This document shows positions 1 through 11,400 of a stretch of 64,000 bases of DNA, piece by piece; position 1 is the stretch's first letter, and every line of letters starts with the position of its first letter. The notes under the pieces were generated by a model. That model saw only the letters and a program-made list of their open reading frames with translations, had not been told where the DNA came from and ran no database searches. The translations under genes and the position numbers were made by a program. The DNA comes from Hormiphora californensis (taxonomy: Eukaryota; Animalia; Ctenophora): NCBI GenBank assembly GCA_020137815.1, contig CM035356.1, forward strand, positions 3,224,001 to 3,288,000, given 5' to 3'.

Positions 1-2027
1 TTGGCACGGAGACAGTCGTAGTAGTGGAGCAGCTCCAGTTTGTCCTTCATCTCCGCTTCGAACTCTGGAGAGAAGGATAAAGGAGGGGTTGTTAGAGGGA
101 TAAAGGAGGTGTTAGAGAGATCAGGAGGGGTTAGTAGGAGGGGGATAGTTAGGGGGCAGAGGTAAGCAGGCTGTCTTTCGCTTGTTATGTTCTAACCCTT
201 CTTTACATTTCGCGGGCGCGGGTGCACAAAACACAGTCTAGCTAGGTAATCTTTCGCGTGTTGAATAGTCTTCGGTCCCCGGTGTGAGCCGACAGACTGG
301 GAACATGTCAAGTGAAACCCCTCCTTTGCAGCTTACCTTCGTTGTTGGGTGCATAGTGGAAGTAGAGGTATCCTCCCCAAGCCTCGTCACTGCCCTCCCC
401 ACTGAGGACCATCTTGAAGCCCAGACTGTGAATCTTCTTGCCCAATAGGTAGTTTGGCGTAGAGGACCGAACAGTGGTGGTGTGGGGTGTTTCTATCTTC
501 CTAATCACCTCCGGGACAAGATCAATGCCCTCCGCTAGGGAGTACTTGAACTCATGATGGATGGAGCCTATGTGGTCAGCCACCGCACGTGCAAACTTGA
601 AATCCGGGGCATTTTCAAGGCCAATGGTGAAGGTGTGTAGCTCGTGTTCGGGACCGAGGATCTTCCTAGTGAATGCGGCAACTAGTGATGAATCAAGTCC
701 ACCGCTTAGTAACACCCCACTTGGGCAATCACAGGGAAGCATTCTCTCTACCGCTTTATACATTGCGTTGTAAACTCTATCATACACCTCCTCCTCCTCC
801 ATGCCTCCTGGGGTGAAGGGTGCTGGAACCCAATGGTCCATGGTATACCATTGTGTCACCGCCCCCATGGTTGGGGGTCCGTGGTAGTAGCACCGAGGAG
901 GGAAGTTCTCCACCCGCTCACAGACACCCACCAGACATTTCTGCTCACTGCTCACATACAGCCTTCCCTTGCTATCACTACCCCAGTATAGGGGGATGAT
1001 GCCCATGTGATCACGTGCGATGAACACCTTCCCAGTCTTGTTATCCACCACCACCGTAGCGAACATGCCGTTCAGCAGCTTGGGAAGATCAGTGCCCACT
1101 TTCTCAAAGAGAGCAGGGATCAGCTCACAGTCACTCCGACCCACCGGCTCGATCTTGTGGTCTTCCTCCAGGGCCTTGTGGTTGTAGATCTCTCCGTTGG
1201 TCATGCCGGTGTACTGGCCAAAGGTGAACGGTTGTCTACCTACAGCGGGGGAGGAGGGGGTCAGTTATTTATATAGGTATTACCCAGTGAGGGTGGGGGG
1301 GGGGGGTGGTCAGTTCTTGAGAATTGTGGGGACTGGGGGAATTATATGGCGGTTAGTGTTTGTTATAATATGCTGTTGAATTATTTCAGACGTCGGGTCA
1401 TCATGTGAGAGAGAGGGTAAGAGAGGGAGAGAGTGAGGGAGGAAGGAAGGAAGAAGATGGATCGTGAACTGGCAATATAATGATATTTTAGAGGCGTGTT
1501 TGTTAGGTCACAAGCGTGATAATGTCACATATAGTGTTCCTTGGACAGCTAGTTTTGTGGAACACCTACCAGAGTCAGATCTGCAGTATTTGTCAATGTT
1601 CAGTTTCTGCCTTACCTGAGTCAGATCTGAAGTATTTTTCAATGTTCAGTTCCTGCCTTACCTTGTTAAGTAAGGGGTACTCGACTAGCCTTACCTGAGT
1701 CAGATCTGTCCATAATGTTGAGTCGAACAAAGCAGAAGAGTCCGTTAGCAACTGGGTGGCAATAGAAATCATCGGGGCCCCTGTGTACCTGAAATTGTTT
1801 TTGAAAGCTGAAGTTTATCATTTAGGAACAAATTGATTATATGGTTAGGTGGAAATCCACATGTTAATCAAGATATCAGATATTCATGTTGGTATTAACT
1901 ATTATCATTATGGAGTTTGGAGTCTTGTTTCTTCACCGGTTTATTTTCTAGTTACCTGTTTTAAAGCACTTTCCACGCACAGCGCCCTGTCACAGTCCTC
2001 CCCAAAGCATGCAAATATACCACACAT
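1..2027 (-). CDS. ASNS: Asparagine synthetase (glutamine-hydrolysing), 5' part; exons 2027-1956, 1788-1695, 1239-337, ~65-1 (continues beyond window)
   Basis: Spliced translation MCGIFACFGE...VHRGPDDF...TNGEIYNH...ARDHMGIIPLY...LLSGGLDSSLVA...VLSGEGSDE...LHYYDCLRAN. N-terminal Cys nucleophile, HRGPD and SGGLDSS motifs; GT-AG introns with matching phases. Confidence 0.95.
1566..1708 (-). repeat. Degenerate duplications of ASNS exon-2 end plus donor site
   Basis: cttacctgagtcagatctg occurs at the true donor (~1690) and again at ~1611, with a degenerate copy at ~1568. Confidence 0.8.
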
Positions 2028-3155
2028 ACTGCTGTTATACTGCTAGGAAATATGAACTGATTAGTTATGTAGTGGAGACTGGAGTATTATTATTAGTATT
2101 ATTAATATTATTATACACCGGGAAGGGGGAGCTAGGTCGGAGTTCACATAGAAAGCGAGAACTCGTTGTTCAATCAGTCTATCCAAATGGTTTACCCGTG
2201 ACTCCTAGCCTGTTTCATTAACTGATCACGTATGAAACGCTGCAGTCTGCACACGTACGTGTGGATAGCTACACGTTACTTGAAGGGTTCAAGATGTTGG
2301 CCTATATAATGTTCTAATTGATACAAGCTGACAGTGCTGGTGGCCTTGGCTTGAATTCGTTTCATCTAGTCTCGGGACTCACATGAACATTGAACAGTGC
2401 ACTCGGTCTACTTTATATCAGTTATACCTTCCACACTTGCCGCTTAGAAGCTATACCAATCACATAACGAGAGAGTGTGGGCACAGTAGACAGAACACAC
2501 GTCCCTATCTGTTTCGAATATAATGTGGCACATGCCCCGATATATCAAGCTAGAGTGGTGAATGATATAGATAGCAGAAGTTCTTTCTTTAGATCGCGTT
2601 TTAGACGTTAAAATTGATATTTTTATTAAACCTTCAAAGACTAGACTTCATGTAGGCGTGACGGCACCCCGGCGGCCGGCCCAAGCTACTAAAATTGTGT
2701 GTAGCTGATCCCACTGCTTTCTATTTCATAAAATGATAGAGCGAGCACGCTCTGTGAGGGTTCAGTAGATCAACTGAAATGACCTGAAATTGTATTGCCC
2801 TATCTTTATGTGTGTGTCTAGACACGCCGCCACACGCAAGTGGCTTGGAATTGATTTGTTGACAGATTTCTCCTCTGGTTTGATATTTACCCACTTATCA
2901 ACCTTTGTGTTTGCTTGCCGAATGAAGAGTTTGTCTAAATGCTAATCAGTGGAAAGCCCATCTCTATTGAATCTTGAATATAAAAGAGCCCCTTCCGATT
3001 GGTGAAGCAGTCACCCTTACAACTCGTGCGCGTAGCACGCCAATACGAAGCCCGTGTAGCGGGCTGAGTTGTCTCGCAGAGAGGTGACGTTGCTAACAAT
3101 CCTTCCGATCAGTACGGGCGCCCCCTTCATTCCTATATTAGCCCGGTATATAATG

Positions 3156-3181
3156 TGCCGTTAAATCGGGGTCCGACTGTA
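3156..3181. mobile_element. Solo terminal inverted repeat of the pogo/Tigger-like MITE family at 51119-51984
   Basis: gtgccgttaaatcggggtccgactgta is identical to the right end of the 51119-51984 element. Confidence 0.7.
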
Positions 3182-3236
3182 CTGCTAAATCGTTATTTTC
3201 TTGAGTCCCTTATATTCCTTCATAATATAGCTGCAG

Positions 3237-3328
3237 ATGACGACTCACCCGTTATTCCTAATATAGCCATCACCATGACGACTCACCCGTTATTCCTAAT
3301 ATAGCCATCACCATGACGACTCACCCTG
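3237..3328 (+). repeat. 38-bp tandem repeat covering acceptor-like AG plus start codon of the GPCR
   Basis: atgacgactcacccgttattcctaatatagccatcacc repeated; ATG at 3237, 3275 and 3313, only the last is open. Confidence 0.85.
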
Positions 3329-5418
3329 GAACCCTCCTTTGTGTCTCGTTCTGCTATGCTGCTGTGGCAATAGCTGCCACATTTGGAAATCTATACGGAA
3401 TCATCAAAATATCCGTACTGTGCAAGGTATGTAGTCACTCCGATGTAGTATCCGATCTGTTCACGTTCTTACTTCAAACCCCTCCTTGGCCTTCCTAGCT
3501 TCTTTGATCCCCCAACACACACTGTACGGTGAGAGGATACAGGGATCCTATGACATTGGAGCAGGGGGAAGAAGTACGACCTAAGTTACCAGCTCAGCTA
3601 ACTATGTGTTTCAGATGGCAAATGATAGGGACAAGACGAGTTTACGAAAGACCAACCTACATCTCCTTCTCCACATGTGTCTCAGTGACATGTTGACCGG
3701 GGCTCTGGCTGCCCCTTTTACTGTCATCACACTAGTCATTCAGGTAGAGACTCTATACTTATTATTCAGCTAGCACGTGTTTTAGGAAACTGTCAGGCAA
3801 TACTGACCCCTCTATTCTCCCCCTCTCCAGGCTTCAGGCAATGCTGACCCCTCTATTCTCCCCCTCCAGGCGTCAGGCATCACTGACCCCTCTATTCTCC
3901 CCCTCTCCAGGCTTCAGACATCACTGACCCCTCTATTCTCCCCCTCTCCAGGCTTCAGGCAACACTGACCCCTCTATTATCCCCCCTCCAGGCTTCAGGC
4001 AATACTGACCCCTCTATTCTCCCCCTCCAGGCTTCAGGCAACACTGACCCCTCTATTATCCCCCCTCCAGGCTTCAGGCAACACTGACCCCTCTATTCTC
4101 CCCCCTCCAGGCTTCAGGCAACACTGATCCGGACATCCCATGGCTTCACCGGTACATGTGTAATGTGTCCGGGTTCGTGCAGTGTACCACGTGCCGCATG
4201 TCCCTACTTGTAACCATGCTGCTAGTCACCATACGTGCATTAGCAATCTACTCTCCGAAAAAGGTAAAGTCAGGTTTTTGAAGTTGTCTCCCCAAACTCG
4301 TGCTTGCTTAATGCTTACAGCTCGATTACTCCGACCGTCAAAATTTGTCTTTAGATAAATATAGATCTCTGTTAACCTCCCTCCTCCCCTGCAGCTGTCA
4401 GTACGTGGCTTCTACACTGGCACGGTGTATCTTGTTTACAGTCTCTGGATCCTCTGTATAGGTAACAGTGTTGCTGGAGGGGTTACCATAATGTTAATAT
4501 GTTAACATGTTAACATATGTTGCTGTTAACACGATGTTCACCCCTCGGTCCTCCGGTAAACAATCCTTTCGTGTAGTTCTCATTTCTTTATGCTCCACTT
4601 GTTGAGTAAGGGCCGTCATCATGAACAACTCAACAGTACACTCCTTCCAACACTCTGCACTCCTGCAGGTATTGCTGTGATTCATTAACAACTCGACTCC
4701 TTCCATCTCAACTCCCCTCCTTCAGGTATTGCTGTGATTCCGTTCCTTGGTAGCACGGTGTACCACTATGAGAGGCCCCTTGAAATGGGATGGTGGGATA
4801 TCGACGAGATATTCGGAGAGAATGGATTCATCACAGGTACACATAATAGCTGTGCGAATCCCTGTTAGATCTGTCAGCTGCCAATATGCTATATCATGAG
4901 TCTTCCATAGTGTGTACCACTTCTCTGTTAGATTATTCATAGGCTCTGACATTACACTTGTTAGATGTCATAAATTTGTGGACATAGCTCTGATTAGGTT
5001 GTATGTGTTTGTGTCCAAGCAATTGTATGTTCCCCCTCCCTGAATTGTTTCTGAATAACTGAAGTCTGACGTCACATCCATTTTTATGAGAACTCAAGTT
5101 TTCACGTTCATCTAATCAATGTTATGAGCCCAAACTGAAAGTTCTCTCACTCTTTCTCCCTGTAAACCTCACTTTCTCTCTCTACCTCTCAGTTTCTCAT
5201 CTAGGAAATTGGCCCTCGCATATATATGGTGATTGGGATTTGTGGTTTTATAGCTCGGTCAGCTTTTGGAGTCAGGGGTCTCATATAATATGAGTTCTGA
5301 ACTGCTAATGAACCCAGCCCCTATAGATTCATTATGTTTCACTATCACTTGTGCAAAACGTTTTTTCTTATTCAATCTCATTGCCTTTCTCTCTCACTAT
5401 CTCTCTCTCTCTCTCTCT

Positions 5419-5474
<56 letters not shown>

Positions 5475-8400
5475 CCTCTCTCTCTCTCTCCCTCCCCAGG
5501 GTATCTACTGGTAGATACGATTCCCTTCTTTATCCCGGGTAGTGTAGTACTGATTGGAACTGCAGCGGTTCTCTCCGGCCTGAAACGTATCCAAAGGCAA
5601 TCTGATGTCCGGAGGAGATCACAGGTACTAATTAATTAATTAATTGCTTAATTAGAGCAGGTTCGATCCTGAGATTCTTCCTTCAAATTAACCATGTCCC
5701 ATCTCTAAGTATCCCCCTCATATTAATACTAATTCTAGGCCACAACATCTTTCCCCCTCATGTGCTAATTATCCTCCTCCCCTCTCTCCAGGTGACTGCA
5801 ATGGCATCTGGTGGTACTACAGCAGTGGTACCGCGGGCGCCCTCTGGGAAGAGGGTACATTGCCACTACCAGGCTGCCATTACCACCCTACTGGTAGCGG
5901 CCTTATTCCTGGTGTCATATGGGATGTGGTGGATAACGAGCGTCATCACCCTCCTCGCTGAGGTGAGGTTGAGAGAGGTGTTGAGAGATCTATTATAGAG
6001 CCTAAACAGATCCAAACCGCTAGCTCCTCCTAAATTCTACAGTCTAGGCGAGGTTTAAGGCTAGGTGATATCATTAATCTTATAGTGCTCAAATTAGATC
6101 TACCAGCCCAAAGTACACGACTTGGGTGCAGTTAGATTAATTTAATCCGGCTCATAAATTTGAGAGGAGGATTAAAACTAGAATACAAAGTTATACAAGC
6201 TGGAGTACCTATAGGCGTGATACAAAGACAAAGAATACAATACACACTAGAAGAGGGATACATAGCTGAGAAGAAGCCTTTGTTGCACTAGACGGGTTGC
6301 ATAATCGCATAATGCTATGCTGACGTCATTGTGAGAACTGAGAGGGAGGAGACTATAATTGTTAGTTGAAGGGCTTGAAAAGTGGAAACCTACTATATAA
6401 ATCCGATAATATCTTCTATCTATCTATCTACGGAGTGCCTGGGCTTGCCAACGGCAAGCCCACAGGGGACTATCGCAAAGCGATATCGCCGGCACTAGGA
6501 GAATAGCCCCCCTCCCCTCCCCCACCATCAGGAACTGCCCACAGGACAGGTTCCATTATAGGTGGCTTCGGGTTCGGGAGGGTAAACTCCTTCGAGAGTC
6601 GCAGGATATTGATTCTTCTTCCCTATGAGTCTTGGATCTTTGGCTCTCTATCCCTGCGACAGGTGGGGATGAGTTCTTCTAATCTTTCTCTTGGTTCTTG
6701 AGTTTATTTGCTTTCTCGATTAGCTTGATGGCTACCGCGGTATATATTATATGTGTAATGTGAGACCTATCTGTCTGATTAGGATCAATTAAGTCCGATT
6801 AGGTTAGAAGGCTGAACTAGCAAGGATTTGTTCTCAGTCAACAGTTTTGTTTAGTATGTATATATTGGTGGTGGGCGGGGCGGTTCGGGGCGGGTGGAGG
6901 GTATCGCGTAGTGGGGGAGAGAGAGAGAGAACGAATCTTGAACTATAGAAGGGGAGAGAGAGAGAGAGTTAATCTCATGCGAGTGAGAGAGAAATTTTGC
7001 GGGAAATTGAGAGATATAGAGATAAAATAGTTGCTGTTTTGTTCTCTTACTGTGAGAGAAGAAGAGAGGACTTAATAGAGGTTAAATGTAAAATATGGTT
7101 TAGTCGCTGGTATAATATCTTGATATATCAGTATTCAGTATCCTAACCTTAGAACATGTCTGCTAGGCTTTTATATTCTAACCCTTTCTCCACATCCCCT
7201 AATCTAGGTCTGCTAGGCTATATATTCTAACCCTCTCTCCACATCCCCTAATCTAGGCGGGCGTGATTGAGATGCCAGACTCATTCAAGCTGGTGAAAGG
7301 ACAACACAACATCACCATCATGCTATCCCACGGCTTCATGGTCTATCTAAACTGCGCTGCTAACCCCATTCTCTACCACTTCAGGTTAGTGTCTCTAGAT
7401 TATACTCTATGTTATATTTACGGGGTGGGGTGGGTGGGAGGCTACATACCACTGATAACTGTTCTGGGCCAAACTGGTAGTACCATTTTGGCTCAGAACA
7501 GTTATTTGCCTAGCTGGTAATATCGATCAAGGATCAAATCTAGAGTTAAACAATCCACGGAGAAGGAAAGTGGAACGACAGGGGTTAGCTGTAGGCAGTT
7601 AGTAGGCAGCATGACAATCTCGGTAAAATGATAGTACAATATGGTAGTGATAAGCCGGCAGTGAAGTCATGTTCGGCAATGAGCTGTCGACACACATTCC
7701 AAGCGAGATAAGCTGATAATCAGAACAGAAAAGTGAAATCATCGCAAAGTGCATGTGAGATTATATGTGCTAGCAATTGAAAAGTATGAAGCAGACAAAT
7801 TGAAAAGAAGTAGAAGTGATAGTTCTGCTGGCAGGCCAATTTGAAAGAAATGAGAGTAGGGTCAGGCCAATGCTCTGACAGTACAGTTCCGATATAATAT
7901 GTATTCCATTTTGTTGACGTAGCACAATTCACTTCGCGTGTGTTTACTTAGTTAGGTCAACAATATCTGAGGTTCCAATTACACCGTAATCAGTTCAGAC
8001 TTTCAGAGACTAAACGGGGGAGTGGGGTGGTTACCGGTATATTAGTTGTGAAACCGGTTATGACCAAGATCATAATCTCTATAATAGGACCGGGTTTTCA
8101 ATTTTGGTTCCCCAAGGATGGATTCGATCGTGGAGCGCACAGTGATAGTATAGGTATATCCAAACAATGTCGCGATATTGTGACCTTTACGTGCAGAGAG
8201 GATAGTCTTTTGAGAGCGGGAAAAAGTGAAAGTGCTCAGAGAGTCAACTCTAAGTTACTCTACTAGAACCTACAACAAGCTTGTACAATTCTGTTTCGGT
8301 CCACTCTCAATCAATTTTAATTTTTAATTTTAATTAGAGATACGTGGTACACAGCATTCCAGTTTCAAGCGACACAATGTCAAGAGCACTCCCCCCTCCC

Positions 8401-11400
8401 CCTCCCCCCTAACCCCTCCCCCTCCCTTACTAGGTTGTTCAATGTGAGACGACCGGACAGGACCAGGAAGGTGTCTTTCTCAACTCTAGACACAAAGATG
8501 GGCAAGATGTCCGGGTACTTTAAGAAACACAACAATACCGTATCTACAGCCTCCAAGAACAACAATCTACCTGAGGTATGTTTCACACGGCCTCGGCAGA
8601 TCAATGTTTCATCTCCCCATGTATTAAAACTTATTCAAGTGATGCCTGTTGTTATGCATTATTTGGACCTAGGAATACTTGTTATCATGACTGAGTATAA
8701 CAGCTGTGTAATTTGCATCTGCTGATAGCATTGGGATTTGATTAGTAACAGATTGCATTGTGTGTTATGTACAGTTTCAAACTTTTCAACACTACTTTAA
8801 ACAAATTAATTTGAGGATCCGTTTTGCTGCCCCTCGTTAATCCTTCTGAGACTTCTGTTTATCCCTCTCCTTAAAGAAAAGACAAGAGAAGACGTGTCTG
8901 GTTTTTCTAAGTAAACAGATCTCAGAGGACCTCGTTGGGTTATAACCAAGGACGCCAAGACTTGCAAGGAACGGTTCCTCGCGCCTCTATTTACAGGACA
9001 GGATGTCGGGTGTGGCTACCCATGATGTTATAATGTGCAGGAACGATATGGAGGGTAAGTTGCTCGCCACGAGCTACTCTGATAGATGTAAGGGTGCCAG
9101 TATTTTGCAGAGCATTAAGGATGATGCAGTGGAGCCTCCAAGTGGAGCTTCCAAGGCGGTTTTATGGACGATGGTCAAGGAACTATATGGATTGTTACCA
9201 GAAACACGACGCATCTCTACCCACTCATCTGAATCTGTGACATCATTCACAGCTGAAGACTTGAAGGATACACTGGATAAGCTGAAAGAGGATCTTCTGA
9301 GCACACTACCGGATCTGGTTGCCCCCAAGGTTAGTAAGATCTTAGCTCCTGGCAGTGACCAATTGGCTATTCACGCTGTGAATCGCATTGGCTCAGCACA
9401 GGAAACTGTGACACCTGTGACTCCAATTAAGAGGTATCTGACTATCAAGGATAAAGGTGAGGAAGGACCTATGTGTGAGAAGAAGTGGACTACTGTCGTG
9501 AAGACAAAGGTGGAGAAAGCATTGAATAAGATTCCAGTCCTAGATCTTTCAGTCACCAAGAGGAGGACAAATCTTATGTTTGAGACCGATGAACAGTTGG
9601 AACAGGCGAAAGAAGTTCTTTCACCGTTCCTTGATGTTTCTCCTGTAGTAGAGAAGGAGAAGAAGAGAGATCCTCGCATCATGATCAATGATCTTGACCA
9701 AGACCTGCTGGAAAAAGATCGCCTTCTGTCAGAGATTGTCAGTGATAAGAATGAGTCTGTGAAGAGACTAGTTGAGGAGGGTCACCTGGTGAAGGTGGTC
9801 CATGTAAACAGAACAGGAAGATATGCAGTGTTCCAGGTCTCTCCAGAAGTGAGGAAGGCGATATCAGAAAGGAAGGACAAGCTATTCTTGAAACTTCGAC
9901 AGCATTCAGTGAGGAACAGGTTTTATGTCACGCAGTGTTTCCACTGTCAGCGCTTTGGCCATGTAGCAGGATCCATCTACTGCCCAAACAAGGATAAATC
10001 TCCGGTTTGTGCCTTCTGTACGGGAGATCATGACACGAGGAGTTGCCATGCCAAGAAGGAAAATGTAGTGAGCAGGATGAAATGTGTCAACTGTGATCAT
10101 GGAGGAAGCAGAGAGGACAAGCGCCATGCTCAAAGTCACCCAGCCTCCAGCAGTATGTGTCCATTCTATGTAAATGCTAAAGGAAGACTCATGGAGAGTA
10201 CCAGTGGAGTAACAAAGCAGGAAAAAAACGTGTACCTGACGAGGGCATGGGAGGATCTGAGAGGAAAACGTCTTGGAGGATTGGCACACTAAACGTCCAT
10301 TCTATTATGAATAAAACGTCAGGTGTAATTACACACTTGGAGGAAAAAGGATGCGACTATCTGCTTGGTACAGGAGACTTATCTGAAACAGAGTGACACA
10401 GCTAAACTTCAGGAGATCAGAGACTATGGTTGGAATATCTTCTCCTCGCCTAGAGCGGAACGTTCAGGAGGTGGAATTGGAATCTTGTACAGGGATGGTG
10501 TCAAGTTGAAATACACTCCGGTAAAAGCCAAGTTTAAATCGTTTCAAGTCCAGGAAGCCCTTATTGGAGGAGGAAAAGATGTAACGAGGCTGTGCAATAT
10601 CTATAGACCTCCGTATACTGGCAAGGCACGGTTTACGGAAGCCCAGTTCTTGGATGAGTTTACTGATTATTTGTCAGAGTTGGTCTGCAAAACGGGGAAC
10701 CCTATCCTGATGGGGGACTTTAACTTCCAGGTTCAAGATACTCAGAACTTCTATGCGAAGAAGTTGCTTGGACTACTTGACTCTCTTGGATTTGATCAGC
10801 GGGTCCCACTACAACCTACTCATGTTCGTGGTGGTACTTTAGATCTGCTTCTCTGCCAAAAAGACAGATATTCTAAGGTTCAATCAGTTGAAGTATTTCC
10901 TGACGGAACGACCTCTGATCATTTTCTTGTATTGGCGGAGCTGTGTATAGAAACTGTTGCAAGTGAATACAAGACTCGTGAAAAAGTGGACATGTACAGA
11001 GATTTCAAGGCTGTTGATATTGAAATACTTCGATATGCTTTTAGGAGCGTGGATTGGAGTGAAGCGATGGAATCTGGATCAGCTGAGGAGGTCTTGTTTA
11101 TTTATATGAGGAAACTTGAGGAACTTGTGGATAGGACTGTCCCGTTGAAGAGGAGAAAGAAGAGAGGAGCTACGCTGAGGCCATGGAGAGATAATCCAGA
11201 GGTGCGTCAAGTTCTTCGTCAGCGGCGGAATGCTGAGCGAGCCTGGGAGAACAATAAAACCAGCGTCACGAAGAAGCATTTCAATGAACTCAAGAGGCAG
11301 TTTGGGCGTGTTGACAAGGAAGCGAGGACGAAATACGTCAAGGAAGACTTGGAGGAGTCCAGAGATGACCCTAAAGCCCTTCAAAGGAAACTGAACCGTC

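Noticed and set aside
308-1204. Bacterial asnB contamination or recent transfer
   Set aside because: The gene has three phase-consistent spliceosomal introns within the window; older transfer cannot be judged without a phylogeny.
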